Source: an uncultured candidatus Porisulfidus sp. | GTDB taxonomy: Bacteria; Pseudomonadota; Gammaproteobacteria; Poriferisulfidales; Poriferisulfidaceae | Assembly (NCBI GenBank): GCA_965204575.1 | Contig: OZ241993.1 | Span: 1,664,001 to 1,728,000, forward strand | Direction: 5' to 3' | DNA length: 64,000 nucleotides | In this document: positions 1 through 10,004 of the stretch, piece after piece | Layout: each line of letters begins with the position of its first letter | Position numbering within the stretch: the first letter of the stretch is position 1 | Program-made: the position numbers and the translations under genes | The notes under the pieces: model-generated | Databases searched by the model: none | Told to the model about the DNA's origin: nothing | What the model saw: the letters and a program-made list of their open reading frames with translations, nothing else

Positions 1-1
1 T

Positions 2-1189
2 GCGCTGGACGCCGCCCTCAAGGAGCTGGCGGCACTGCCGAACATCAGCGCGGCGGTCATCCTGTCCACCTGCAACCGCACCGAGCTGTACCTCAGCCAC
101 GACACCGCGGAGGATCTCGTACAGGCCCGGGACTGGCTCTGCCACTGGCACCAGGTGGACCCGACGGCCCTGCAGGATGCGCTGTACTGGTACGTGGCCG
201 ACGACGCGGTGCGCCACGCCATCGAAGTCGCCAGCGGCCTGGACTCCATGGTGCCCGGCGAACCGGAGATTCTCGGCCAGTTCAAGCAGGCCTCGCGCGA
301 TGCGGAACAGGCCGGCACGCTGGGCGGCGAACTGCACCGCCTGATCCAGCACACCTTCGCGGCCGCGAAAAAGGTCCGCACGTTGACCGAAATCAGCCGA
401 AACCCGGTCTCCATCGCCCACGTTGCCGTCTCGCTCACCAAACAGTTTTTTGACCAGTTGCAGGAACGCCGGGCGCTGGTGATCGGGGCCGGCGAGGCCG
501 CGCGGCTGGTGGCGCGCTACCTGAACGATGCCGGGATCGGCCACCTGACCATCGCCAACCGCAGCCTAGACCGCGCCCAGAAATTGGCCCGGGAACTGCT
601 GGCGCACGCCATCCCGATGTCCCACATCGGCCACGCACTGGAGGACGCGGACATCGTCATCAGCAGCACGGCGAGCCCGGTGCCGGTTCTCGGCAAGGGA
701 ATGGTCGAAGACGCCGTCCGACGGCGCAAACACCGGCCGATCTACATGGTGGACCTGGCGGTGCCGCGCGACATCGAACCGCAGATCGCGAGCCTCTCCG
801 ACGTCTACCTGTACACCCAGGAAGATTTACGCCAGATCATCGAGAAGAATCTGCAATCCCGCGAGAACGCCCGCCAAGAAGCCAGCGCGATCATCGACCA
901 GCAAGTGGAAGAATTCGCGCGACGCACACAAGGCGAATCCGCATTCGCCCTGATTCGCGACTACCGCGAGCAGGCGCAGGAGTTGCGCGATGAAACGCTG
1001 GAGCAAGCGCAAAAGCGGCTGAAGCGCGGCCGTGGAACCGAAGAGACGCTGGAGTGGCTCGCCCACACGCTGTGCAACCGCCTGACGCACAACCCGACTC
1101 AAGCCCTGAACGAAGCGGGCCAGGACAACGACCACTCCCTGCTCGACGCGGCACGCACCCTGCTCAAGACCCGTTCCCCGGATTCATGA
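2..1189 (+). CDS. hemA: Glutamyl-tRNA reductase (5' end outside window)
   Basis: Open frame from position 2 contains [11 protein letters not shown]; also [15 protein letters not shown], the NADPH-binding GAGE motif and DLAVPRDI; first gene of hemA-prfA-prmC. Confidence 0.97.
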   Translation, partial: ALDAALKELAALPNISAAVILSTCNRTELYLSHDTAEDLVQARDWLCHWHQVDPTALQDALYWYVADDAVRHAIEVASGLDSMVPGEPEILGQFKQASRDAEQAGTLGGELHRLIQHTFAAAKKVRTLTEISRNPVSIAHVAVSLTKQFFDQLQERRALVIGAGEAARLVARYLNDAGIGHLTIANRSLDRAQKLARELLAHAIPMSHIGHALEDADIVISSTASPVPVLGKGMVEDAVRRRKHRPIYMVDLAVPRDIEPQIASLSDVYLYTQEDLRQIIEKNLQSRENARQEASAIIDQQVEEFARRTQGESAFALIRDYREQAQELRDETLEQAQKRLKRGRGTEETLEWLAHTLCNRLTHNPTQALNEAGQDNDHSLLDAARTLLKTRSPDS

Positions 1190-2274
1190 GGGAGTCGCTT
1201 CGGGTCCGGCTCGACCGTTCGGTCGAACGCCATGTCTGGATCCAGCAGCAGCTCGCGGACCCCGAGGTGCTGTCCGACCGGACGCTCCACCGCGACCTGT
1301 CCAGCGAATTCGCAAGGCTGGCGCCGCTGGTGGACCGGTACCAAGAGCATCAGGCCTGCCAGCAAGAACTGGAATCGATCTCCGAACTGAAGGACGAACC
1401 CGACGCCGCGCTGCGTGCCCTGGCCGATGAGGAGCGCGTACGCCTGCAGCAACGGATGGGTGAAATCGAGAAGGAAATCGAGGAACTGCTGGTCCCGGTC
1501 GACCCGCACGACCAGTGCAACGCGTTCCTTGAAATCCGGGCCGGCACCGGCGGCCACGAAGCGGCCCTGTTCGCCGGCGACCTGTTCCGGATGTACAGCC
1601 GCTACGCCGAGCGGAACGGCTGGGAGATCGAGTCGCTCAACCACAACGAGGGTGAACAAGGCGGTTTTCGTGAGGTCGTAGCGCGCGTGCGCGGGCGGGA
1701 TGCCTACGCCCGTCTCAAGTTCGAGTCCGGCGTGCACCGGGTGCAACGCGTCCCGCAGACGGAATCCCAAGGCCGGATCCATACTTCGGCGGCCACCGTC
1801 GCGGTCTTCCCGGAAACCGAAGACATCGGCGAGATCGAACTTCCCCCCGAAGACCTGCGTATCGACCGGTTCCGCGCTTCCGGCGCCGGGGGCCAACACC
1901 TGAACAAAACCGACTCTGCCGTGCGCATCACGCACTTGCCGACCGGGCTCGTGATCGAATGCCAGGACGAACGCTCGCAGCACCGCAACCGGGAGCAGGC
2001 CATGTCCCTGTTGAGGGCGCGACTGCTGGACCGGGAGCGCCAGCGGCGCGCCGAGGAAGAAGCCAGCCTTCGCCGCGACTTGATCGGCAGTGGTGACCGT
2101 TCCGAGCGAATCCGGACCTACAACTTCCCGCAGAGCCGCGTCACCGATCACCGGATCGGGCTGACCCTGCATTCCCTGCACGAAATGCTCGAAGGCGACC
2201 TCAACCCGGTTATCGACCCCCTGCGGCAAGAACACCAGGCCATGCAACTGGCCGATCAGGACGGTGGCGGCTGA
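1186..2274 (+). CDS. prfA: Peptide chain release factor 1
   Basis: GAGGQH motif, PxT motif (RVPQTES), RIRTYNFPQ; ATG at 1186 overlaps the hemA stop (ATGA). Confidence 0.97.
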   Translation: MRESLRVRLDRSVERHVWIQQQLADPEVLSDRTLHRDLSSEFARLAPLVDRYQEHQACQQELESISELKDEPDAALRALADEERVRLQQRMGEIEKEIEELLVPVDPHDQCNAFLEIRAGTGGHEAALFAGDLFRMYSRYAERNGWEIESLNHNEGEQGGFREVVARVRGRDAYARLKFESGVHRVQRVPQTESQGRIHTSAATVAVFPETEDIGEIELPPEDLRIDRFRASGAGGQHLNKTDSAVRITHLPTGLVIECQDERSQHRNREQAMSLLRARLLDRERQRRAEEEASLRRDLIGSGDRSERIRTYNFPQSRVTDHRIGLTLHSLHEMLEGDLNPVIDPLRQEHQAMQLADQDGGG

Positions 2275-3106
2275 GCCGCCCATCCTCCGCCAGGCGCTGC
2301 TCGAATCCCGGACCCGACTGGCTTCCTGCAGTGACAGCCCGGCGGTCGATGCCGAATGGCTGTGGAGCCATGCCCTGCGCCGCTCCCGCAGTTGGCTTCT
2401 CGCGCATCCGGAATGGCCACTGACGCCAGCCGAGCAGGCGCGGGGCGAATCCCTGGTTCGTCGCCGGCAGGACGGCCACTCGATCACCCATCTTTGCGGC
2501 GAGTGCGAATTCCTGGATTTCTCGGTCCGGCTGACTTCCCAGGTCCTGGCGCCCCGCCCCGAAACCGAGCTGCTCGTCGAACAGGCGTTGCGCGGGCTGC
2601 CGCGCCGGGCGCGCATCCTCGAGTGGGGCACCGGCAGCGGCGTGCTTGCCCTGGCCCTCGCCCGAGCCCGGCCGGACTGCCGGATTCTGGCCCTGGATCA
2701 TTCGCGTACTGCGGTCGAACTGGCTCAAAGCAATGCCCTGCGGCTACGCCTGAAGAATGTCCGGTTTATGCGAGCCGACTGGCGTCGCCCCTGGCCCAGA
2801 GGAGCCTTCGACCTGATTCTGGGAAACCCACCCTACGTGGCCCTGCACGATCCGCACCTGCAATCTCCCGGGGTCTGCCAAGAGCCCCGCTCTGCGCTGG
2901 TCGCCCCGGCCCAGGGAACCCAAGCGACCCGGGTCCTGGCCGCGCAAGCGCGACGCCGCGCGCACCGGCGTACCCGGCTCCTGCTGGAGCATGGGGCAGA
3001 TCAGGGTGATGCTTGCCGGAAGATTATTCGGCAAGCAGGATGGGGGCATGCAAAAACCCTGCTCGACTTGGCTAGCCTGCCACGGGCCTGCTTGGCATCG
3101 CGCTGA
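2264..3106 (+). CDS. prmC: Release factor glutamine methyltransferase
   Basis: [18 protein letters not shown] motif, NPPY motif, LEHG; follows prfA. Confidence 0.95.
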   Translation: MAAEPPILRQALLESRTRLASCSDSPAVDAEWLWSHALRRSRSWLLAHPEWPLTPAEQARGESLVRRRQDGHSITHLCGECEFLDFSVRLTSQVLAPRPETELLVEQALRGLPRRARILEWGTGSGVLALALARARPDCRILALDHSRTAVELAQSNALRLRLKNVRFMRADWRRPWPRGAFDLILGNPPYVALHDPHLQSPGVCQEPRSALVAPAQGTQATRVLAAQARRRAHRRTRLLLEHGADQGDACRKIIRQAGWGHAKTLLDLASLPRACLASR

Positions 3107-3193
3107 TTGGTCATAGAAGCAAAACCAAGCAATGCTATTTCCACCGTAATGATCCCATGAAATACTAAATAAATAGCATAGTTGACAAAAAAA

Positions 3194-3202
3194 TGTTATA
3201 AT
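3194..3202 (+). promoter_or_regulatory. Extended -10 promoter element (TGnTATAAT), possibly giving a leaderless mRNA
   Basis: TGTTATAAT at 3194-3202; ATG at 3209 is at the expected +1 position and has no SD. Confidence 0.5.
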
Positions 3203-3208
3203 TTGATT

Positions 3209-4423
3209 ATGATCCACAGATTCTGCATTAATAATTTCCAGTCGATCCGGGAAGCTGTTGAGCTTGACTTTCGAATTCCCGGGACGACTCCGGAAATGCC
3301 TTGTTTCCGGAAAAGCCGGTCACGGCCTGATGTTCGCCTGCCGAGTTCAGTTGTACTAGTTGGCCCAAATGGATCCGGAAAAAGTACTTTGCTGAGAGCG
3401 ATGGTCGAGACTATACGCTTTGTTGCATATTCATATGGTAATCAATCGGGCAATATTCCAGGTTTCCTTCCATTTCTGTCATTGGAAACATTGTCTTCTT
3501 CTACACGGGTTGAAGTAGATTTCGATGCTTTCTGGTTCAAGTCTGGTGAGAATTCCGTAGATTCGCTACTTCGATATACCTTGGAGTTGGAGCGGGAGGA
3601 GAAAAACCCGTTTGTTCCTAGAGTTGGTCACGAAGCGTTATATTCTTTTCCAAAGGGACGCCCTCGCCGTCTACTGGAACGGAAGAAAGGACAGCCCGTT
3701 TATGTCGCGAAAGAAATAGGGCTACGTCCCCGCGATGATCGCCTCTCTTCAATTCCTGATAATGCTTCGGTTATTTCGAGTCTAGCAAGAATGGGAGTGG
3801 GCTCGTTCTTAGAAGTCCTGCAAGACATTAACGGTGTGCAAACGAATGTAAGTATCACCGACCCTGACCCTTGGAGGCCTGACACGCAAGTAGTTACTCA
3901 TTACTATCGAGATCGTAAGGATCTTGTAGAGAAAATCTCAAACAAATTGCGCCGTTTCGATCTTGGGATTAAAGATATGAACCTTCAACCGACAGAAGAC
4001 GGAGAATGGCTCTTAACATTCGAACATCATGGCCTTAGTACCCCGATAATCTTACCAAAAGAATCGGCAGGAACACGCCACTTGGTACACACCTTCCCTT
4101 CTCTTAATTACGCGATAGATACTGGCCAATTGGCGATTATGGATGCTCTTGACTCTGACTTTCACACGGAACTTTCGGTGGAAATTATCAACTGGTTTCG
4201 ACGAAAAGAAACTAATCCAATCAAAGCGCAATTGTTTTGCGCGCTTCACAATTTATCCATTTTGGACGATCTTGAAAAGGAGGAAATCTTCATCGTCGAA
4301 AAAGACCGGAGTGGCACAACTCGCGTACATGGCGCGCGCGATGTTGCTGGGCTGCGGCGTGGAACCAATCTTCAAAAACAGTATCGCAGCGGCGCTTTAG
4401 GCGGGCTGCCAGCCTTCGGCTGA
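3209..4423 (+). CDS. AAA_21/ABC-type ATPase, RloA/AbiLi-like
   Basis: N-terminal NFQSI, Walker A GPNGSGKS, ESAGT signature, Walker B-like AIMDALD, C-terminal YRSGALGGLP typical of RloA. Confidence 0.85.
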   Translation: MIHRFCINNFQSIREAVELDFRIPGTTPEMPCFRKSRSRPDVRLPSSVVLVGPNGSGKSTLLRAMVETIRFVAYSYGNQSGNIPGFLPFLSLETLSSSTRVEVDFDAFWFKSGENSVDSLLRYTLELEREEKNPFVPRVGHEALYSFPKGRPRRLLERKKGQPVYVAKEIGLRPRDDRLSSIPDNASVISSLARMGVGSFLEVLQDINGVQTNVSITDPDPWRPDTQVVTHYYRDRKDLVEKISNKLRRFDLGIKDMNLQPTEDGEWLLTFEHHGLSTPIILPKESAGTRHLVHTFPSLNYAIDTGQLAIMDALDSDFHTELSVEIINWFRRKETNPIKAQLFCALHNLSILDDLEKEEIFIVEKDRSGTTRVHGARDVAGLRRGTNLQKQYRSGALGGLPAFG

Positions 4424-4426
4424 CGA

Positions 4427-4990
4427 ATGCCGCCTCGCTTCTCGGTCCCGGAGCGAAAACGCTTCTTTGTCGGTGCCGAAGGCGAAAGCGAACGGTCGTT
4501 CGCAACCTGGCTTAGACGTCTTTGCGACGAAGCCAACCTTTATGTTCATTTGGATGTCTTCGTCTGCGGTGGAGGAGATGGTTTTGAGATCGCGAATTAT
4601 GCCGCGAAACAATACCGGAGGCGAATTCGCGAACATGGCCAGTTTGTCTCTGGACTGATCCTCCTAGACTCCGACCGGGTCGAACAAGACCGTTTGCATG
4701 GTCGTAATCCAGAGGCGGCCCTGAAAGGCCAAGAAGGACTATGTGTAGTTTATCTAAAGCCAAACCTCGAAGGATTGTTGCTGCGGCTCCACCAAGACCA
4801 CGGACAAGATGTCGTGCCAGCAGGCAATACCCTGAGGGCTCTTCGAAAACTGTGGCCTAGTTATGTGAAACCCGCATCAGCCGATGCGTTAAGTGAGCGC
4901 TTCAGTTTGAGCGACCTTCAGCGTGCATCCCGCCAGGACACTGATCTTCAAAAAATCCTGGCGACACTCGGATTGTCACGTGATAACTAG
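4427..4990 (+). CDS. RloB/AbiLii-like TOPRIM-fold protein
   Basis: FVGAEGESE, LLDSD and PNLEGLLLRLH motifs; 3 bp downstream of the RloA-like ATPase. Confidence 0.8.
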   Translation: MPPRFSVPERKRFFVGAEGESERSFATWLRRLCDEANLYVHLDVFVCGGGDGFEIANYAAKQYRRRIREHGQFVSGLILLDSDRVEQDRLHGRNPEAALKGQEGLCVVYLKPNLEGLLLRLHQDHGQDVVPAGNTLRALRKLWPSYVKPASADALSERFSLSDLQRASRQDTDLQKILATLGLSRDN

Positions 4991-5078
4991 ATGCCTAGTT
5001 CGATTCTTTCAGCCAACTAATCTAGGGTCTCAGTTTAACTCTCAATCAAAATGCAGGCCTGAACGAGCCCGTGAAAAG

Positions 5079-5492
5079 TCAATTTCGTTCCTTGGAAGGA
5101 GGTGGAGGCGGCGGGTCCGGTTTAACAAAACCTGCCGGCTTGGGTGACACACCATCCTGCAACGGAAAAGTCCGGCTAGACTGTCGAGGCGAGATTGTTC
5201 GTGCGGTTTTTTTCTTGGAAGCCTCGAAAGTAATCCTAAGATGCGTCCCGGTCGCCTGGGCGAGCCTTTCCAAGATCTTGGTCGACGGGTTCGTCTGCCC
5301 ACCCTCTAGGCGCGCAATGGCAGACTGCGTCGTATTCATACGCCTGGCCAACTGCTCCTGAGTCAGCCCGGCCTTCAAACGGACCTTGATCAGTGTCTCG
5401 ATCAATTCAAACTCCGGAGCAAGTTTTTCATAGGCTGCCCGATATTCCGGGTCGCGACTCCATTTTTTGTGCAGATCTTTTATTTTTCTCAT
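5079..5492 (-). CDS. XRE-family HTH protein (HigA-like antitoxin type) with Pro-rich C-terminal extension
   Basis: DPEYRAAYEKL...GLTQEQLARRMNTTQSAIARLEGG...PSTKILERLA. Confidence 0.8.
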   Translation of the reverse strand: MRKIKDLHKKWSRDPEYRAAYEKLAPEFELIETLIKVRLKAGLTQEQLARRMNTTQSAIARLEGGQTNPSTKILERLAQATGTHLRITFEASKKKTARTISPRQSSRTFPLQDGVSPKPAGFVKPDPPPPPPSKERN

Positions 5493-5494
5493 CG

Positions 5495-5926
5495 TTATTC
5501 AGTTGATTCCCCAAGGCGATATTTGTCCAGATTTTCCAGGAGCCGCTGTGGCGGCTTCCCCCAATGGCAGTTGCCCCGCACCATCCAAGATTGATTTCTC
5601 AAAGCTGGAGTGCACTGTCCGACAATCTCCACTAGTTCATCGTGCGGAATCATATACCAGTATTTTTCAACAGGAAATGCGACTCGTAGATCCTTGCCAC
5701 AGTATTTCTTATTGATGGTCAAACGGCTCTTCAACTGAACCTTCAGCACTTCGCCTCCATCTTTGTGAAACGCGAGAAAATCTGCTCCCTTCCAGTCATC
5801 GACAAGTTTGACGCAGTTGAAACCATAATCAGCAAGCACTGCCGCTATCTTCTGAAAGTTATAGATTTCTTTCTGCTTCGAATTAAGCGAAGCGTACTCT
5901 ACTTTTTGCCACTTTAAGTCTGTCAT
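5495..5926 (-). CDS. Small PD-(D/E)xK-like nuclease-fold protein
   Basis: GADFLA...KVQLKSR catalytic-like pattern. Confidence 0.55.
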   Translation of the reverse strand: MTDLKWQKVEYASLNSKQKEIYNFQKIAAVLADYGFNCVKLVDDWKGADFLAFHKDGGEVLKVQLKSRLTINKKYCGKDLRVAFPVEKYWYMIPHDELVEIVGQCTPALRNQSWMVRGNCHWGKPPQRLLENLDKYRLGESTE

Positions 5927-5967
5927 TCAATTCAAATCCAGTCTTGCGCGTAAAGCCCGATTCCTGC

Positions 5968-6741
5968 TTACCGGAAGATCCGCTTGAAGAATGCCCGCAT
6001 GTTTTCGGTTGACTGCTGGTCGGCATGCGCGTCGTATTTCAGGGCCTCGATGCCGTACTTGGCGACGTCCGGATTGGTGAAGCCATGGCGCACGCCGTCG
6101 TAGCCATTGAAGGTGTATTCGATCCCCGCCGCATCCAGTGCCGTGCGGAACTCGCGGACCCTCTCCTCTGGAACGAAGGGATCGTCGTTGCCGTGCTCGA
6201 CCAGTATCGCCGCCTGGATCGCCTTTGCCTGCTCGGCGGAAGCCGGCGGCAGCGAGCCGTGCAGGCTGACCACGCCCTTGACGCCCGCGCCGCTGTAGGC
6301 GAGTTGCATGACGGTCGCCCCGCCGAAGCAGTAGCCGACCGCGGCGATGTTGCCGCCATCCGTCATTTCGTGGCCGCGCAGTAACTCGACCCCCAACTGC
6401 GCGCGCTTCTGCCAGTCCGCGACATTGCTGGTGACCTGCGTCATCCATTCGCCGGCCTGCTCGGGGTGCTCGGCCACCATGCCCGCACCATACATGTCCA
6501 TGGCGAAGGCCACGTAGCCGTCGGCGGCCATCTGCCTTGCGCGATCACGGGCGTAGGCGTTCAACCCCCACCATTCATGCACCACCAATATGCCGGGGCG
6601 CTTGTCCGAGTGACTGTCGTCGTAGTAGAGATATCCCTTGTGCGGGGCACCGTTGTACTCGAAATCGACTGTTTCCTCGACGATTTCGGCTGCGGCTGAA
6701 CCGCAGGCCAGCAGCAATACCAGTGAAAAGGTGCTTTTCAT
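5968..6741 (-). CDS. Dienelactone hydrolase family protein, secreted
   Basis: Signal peptide, HEWWGLN, GYCFGG nucleophile motif, HGF catalytic His. Confidence 0.92.
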   Translation of the reverse strand: MKSTFSLVLLLACGSAAAEIVEETVDFEYNGAPHKGYLYYDDSHSDKRPGILVVHEWWGLNAYARDRARQMAADGYVAFAMDMYGAGMVAEHPEQAGEWMTQVTSNVADWQKRAQLGVELLRGHEMTDGGNIAAVGYCFGGATVMQLAYSGAGVKGVVSLHGSLPPASAEQAKAIQAAILVEHGNDDPFVPEERVREFRTALDAAGIEYTFNGYDGVRHGFTNPDVAKYGIEALKYDAHADQQSTENMRAFFKRIFR

Positions 6742-6765
6742 CGATCCCTCCTGTATCCCTCGACC

Positions 6766-8205
6766 TCAACCGGACTGAAGTTTTGTGCGCAGTTGTTCGC
6801 TGACCTGCTTCGGGTCCGCTTTCCCGCCCGACGCCTTCATCACCTGCCCCACGAAGAACCCGAGCAGGCGGTCCTTGCCGCCGCGGTATTGTTCCACTTC
6901 GGCCGGGTGCGCCTCGATGGCCTGGTCGATCCATTGGTCCAGGTCGGCTCCTGCACCGACCTGACGGAGGCCCCGTGCCTCGATGATCTCCTCGGCCCCG
7001 CCTTCGCCTCTCCACATCGCGGCCAGCACTTCCTTCGCCGCACTGTTGGACACGACGCCGGAGTCGATGCACTTCAGCAATTGCGCGAGCGAATCCGCCG
7101 ATACCGGCGGCTCGGCCAACTCGGCCGAATCCTTGTGCATCCGGGCGAACACCTCGCCCGTGATCCAGCGCGCCGCGGTGGCGGCACCGGCGCCCGCTTC
7201 GACGGTCGCCTCGAAATAATCGGCCCACTGCCGGCTCTGCACCAGCACGGCAGCCAGGTCGGCGGCCAGCGCGTACTGCTCGATCAGCCGGGTCTTGCGC
7301 GCCTGCGGCAGTTCCGGGAGCGATTCGGCCAGTTCCACCTGAATGGATTCGTCGACGACCACCGGCAGCAGGTCGGGATCCGGGAAATACCGGTAGTCGT
7401 CCGCGTATTCCTTGACCCGCATCGGGCGGGTGCGGTCGGTTCCCGGGTCGTACTGCCGAGTCTCCTGGATGATCGGTTTGCCGGACTCCAGCGCATCGAC
7501 CTGGCGCTGCTGCTCGTAGCGCAGGGCACGCTCCACGAAGCGGAACGAGTTGATGTTTTTCAGTTCGACCTTTACGCCCAACTCTTTTTCGCCCGGCCGC
7601 CGCATGGAAATGTTCGCGTCGCAGCGGAACGAGCCTTGCTCCATGTTGCCGTCACAGATTCCCAGGAAGGTGACGATGCCGTGCAGGGTCCGCATGTAGG
7701 CGGAGGCTTCCTCGGGGCTTCGCATCTGCGGCTCCGAGACGATTTCCATCAGCGGCACGCCGGCGCGGTTGAGGTCCACCGCGCTCTCCCCGGCGTAGCC
7801 CTCGTGCAGCAACTTGCCGGCATCCTCCTCCAGATGCGCCCGGGTCAGTTCGATCTCCCGGTGGCTGCCGTCCTGCAGTTCGATTTCGACCACGCCGCCC
7901 TCGACGATCGGCAGTTCGTACTGGCTGATCTGGTAGCCGCGAGGGAGGTCCGGGTAGAAATAGTTCTTGCGCGCGAACACGCAGGGCGTGCGGATCTTCG
8001 CGCCGACGGCAAGCCCGAACAGGATCGCCATGCGGATGGCTTCGCGGTTGACCACCGGCAATACGCCCGGCAGCGCCAAGTCGATGCCGCAGGCCTGGCG
8101 GTTCGGTTCCGCCCCGTACTGCGTCGAGGCGGCGGAGAACAGCTTGCTTCGGGTCGAGAGCTGGGTATGAATCTCCAGCCCGATCACGGTCTTCCACTCA
8201 CTCAT
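6766..8205 (-). CDS. gatB: Asp/Glu-tRNA amidotransferase subunit B
   Basis: Starts [16 protein letters not shown] at 8205; [28 protein letters not shown]. Confidence 0.97.
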   Translation of the reverse strand: MSEWKTVIGLEIHTQLSTRSKLFSAASTQYGAEPNRQACGIDLALPGVLPVVNREAIRMAILFGLAVGAKIRTPCVFARKNYFYPDLPRGYQISQYELPIVEGGVVEIELQDGSHREIELTRAHLEEDAGKLLHEGYAGESAVDLNRAGVPLMEIVSEPQMRSPEEASAYMRTLHGIVTFLGICDGNMEQGSFRCDANISMRRPGEKELGVKVELKNINSFRFVERALRYEQQRQVDALESGKPIIQETRQYDPGTDRTRPMRVKEYADDYRYFPDPDLLPVVVDESIQVELAESLPELPQARKTRLIEQYALAADLAAVLVQSRQWADYFEATVEAGAGAATAARWITGEVFARMHKDSAELAEPPVSADSLAQLLKCIDSGVVSNSAAKEVLAAMWRGEGGAEEIIEARGLRQVGAGADLDQWIDQAIEAHPAEVEQYRGGKDRLLGFFVGQVMKASGGKADPKQVSEQLRTKLQSG

Positions 8206-9656
8206 GCGAACCCCGGCGGCACCTGCCGGTGCCAATCCGTCTCCCGTTGCCAGGCGGCGCCGAGCCCGAACAGCCGCGCCTCGTCGAAATAATTGCCGAT
8301 CAGCTGCACGCCGGTCGGCAGCCCGTCGACCGGCCGCGCCGGCAACGACAGGCCCGGCAGGCCGGCCAGGTTGACCGGGATGGTATAGCAGTCGATCAGG
8401 TACATCGCCACCGGATCCTGCGTCTTCTCGCCGAGTTTGAACGGCAGCACCGGCGAGACCGGGGCCGCGATCGCATCGACCTTCTCGAACGCCTGCCGGA
8501 AATCCCGCCGGATCAACTGCCGCACTCGCCGCGCCCGGTCGTAGTACGCCTCGCGATAACCGGCAGACAAGGCATACGTTCCGATCATGATTCGGCGCCG
8601 CACTTCCGCCCCGAAGCCTTCCTCGCGCGAGCGGCAGAACAGGTCCTCCAGGTCTTCCGGGTCTGCGCACCGGTGTCCGTAGCGCACCCCGTCGTAGCGG
8701 GCCAGGTTGGACGAGCATTCGGCCGAGGCGATCACGTAGTAGGCCGGCGTCGCGAGCGGGAGATTCGGCAATGAAATCTCGACCCGTTGCGCGCCCTGCC
8801 CCTCCCAGGCCGCAACCGCTTCCTCCACGGACGCCCGGATCCGCGCATCGAGCCGCCCGTCGAAAAATTCTTTCGGCAATCCCAGGCGCAGGCCGTCGAT
8901 CGGCTGCTTCAGTTCTTTTTGGTAATCCGGCACGGGGTGATCCACGCTGGTCGAGTCGCGGGAGTCGAACCCCGCCATCGTGCCGAGCAGGGCCGCGCAG
9001 TCTTCGGCGCTCGCGCCGAGCATCCCGCCCTGGTCCAAACTGGAGGCGTAGGCCACCATGCCGAACCGGGACACCCGGCCGTAGGTCGGCTTCAGGCCGG
9101 TCACGCCGCAGAACGTGGCCGGCTGCCGGATGGAGCCGCCGGTGTCGGTCGCGGTGGCCGCCGGGGCAAGGCGGGCCGCCACGGCAGCAGCGGAGCCGCC
9201 GCTGGAGCCGCCCGGGACCCGTTCCGGATCCCAGGGATTATGGACCGGACCGTAGTAGCTGTTCTCGTTGGACGAACCCATCGCGAATTCGTCCATGTTC
9301 GTCTTGCCGAGCATCACCATGCCGGCCGCCTGCAGCCGTTCCACGACCGTGGCGTCGTACGGCGAGACGAAGTTGTCCAGCATCCGGGACCCGCAGGTGG
9401 TGCGCACGCCGCGCGTGCAGAAAATATCCTTGTGCGCCAGCGGCACGCCGGTCAGCGGCCCGGCTTCGCCGGCGGACCGGGCGCGGTCCGCCGCCTCGGC
9501 CTGCGCCAGGGCCTGCGCCTCCGTCACGGTGACGAAGCTGTTGAGCGAGCCGTCGTGCGCCTGGATGCGCTTGAGGTAGGACCGCGTCAGTTCGACGCTG
9601 GACACTTCCCCGTCCTGCAGCGCCTGCGCCTGTTCCAGCAGGGTTCGCTCGTGCAT
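8202..9656 (-). CDS. gatA: Asp/Glu-tRNA amidotransferase subunit A
   Basis: Amidase signature [35 protein letters not shown]. Confidence 0.97.
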   Translation of the reverse strand: MHERTLLEQAQALQDGEVSSVELTRSYLKRIQAHDGSLNSFVTVTEAQALAQAEAADRARSAGEAGPLTGVPLAHKDIFCTRGVRTTCGSRMLDNFVSPYDATVVERLQAAGMVMLGKTNMDEFAMGSSNENSYYGPVHNPWDPERVPGGSSGGSAAAVAARLAPAATATDTGGSIRQPATFCGVTGLKPTYGRVSRFGMVAYASSLDQGGMLGASAEDCAALLGTMAGFDSRDSTSVDHPVPDYQKELKQPIDGLRLGLPKEFFDGRLDARIRASVEEAVAAWEGQGAQRVEISLPNLPLATPAYYVIASAECSSNLARYDGVRYGHRCADPEDLEDLFCRSREEGFGAEVRRRIMIGTYALSAGYREAYYDRARRVRQLIRRDFRQAFEKVDAIAAPVSPVLPFKLGEKTQDPVAMYLIDCYTIPVNLAGLPGLSLPARPVDGLPTGVQLIGNYFDEARLFGLGAAWQRETDWHRQVPPGFA

Positions 9657-9949
9657 CAGTCGGAATCCAGCACCGCGGGGACCCGGTACAGGCCTTCGCG
9701 CGCATCCGGGGCGATCTCCTGGTAGTCCTCCCGCCGGTCGGGTTCGGTCACCTCGTCCTCGCGCATGCGCTGGTCGACCTCGAGCGGATGCGCCATCGGC
9801 TCGATGCCGTCGACTTCCGCCTCGCTGAGCTGGGCGAAGAACTCGAGGATCGCGCCCAGATCCTGGATCAGGCGCTGGTCTTCCTCTGGGTTCGGGCGGA
9901 GTCGGGCGAGTTTTGCGATCCCGCGGACGGTCTCGGCGGTCAGATCCAT
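9656..9949 (-). CDS. gatC: Asp/Glu-tRNA amidotransferase subunit C
   Basis: IAKLARL, EPMAHP, REDEV, VPAV; first gene of gatCAB. Confidence 0.95.
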   Translation of the reverse strand: MDLTAETVRGIAKLARLRPNPEEDQRLIQDLGAILEFFAQLSEAEVDGIEPMAHPLEVDQRMREDEVTEPDRREDYQEIAPDAREGLYRVPAVLDSD

Positions 9950-10004
9950 GAACGAAGGGAGGTCTTAGGGGTCAAAAAAGGCTGCGATTAATAGTCTAGT
10001 ATAG

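Noticed and set aside
1099-2631. Long antisense ORFs over GC-rich housekeeping genes (also 6793-8292, 11930-12973, 52159-53208, 62960-63889)
   Set aside because: Shadow ORFs expected from high-GC codon bias opposite well-supported genes
3182-3202. TTGACA plus TATAAT as a canonical promoter pair
   Set aside because: The spacing is only 9 bp; only the extended -10 is retained
8206-8718. 170-aa N-terminal extension of GatB in the ORF track
   Set aside because: It overlaps gatA in another frame; the real start is MSEWK at 8205
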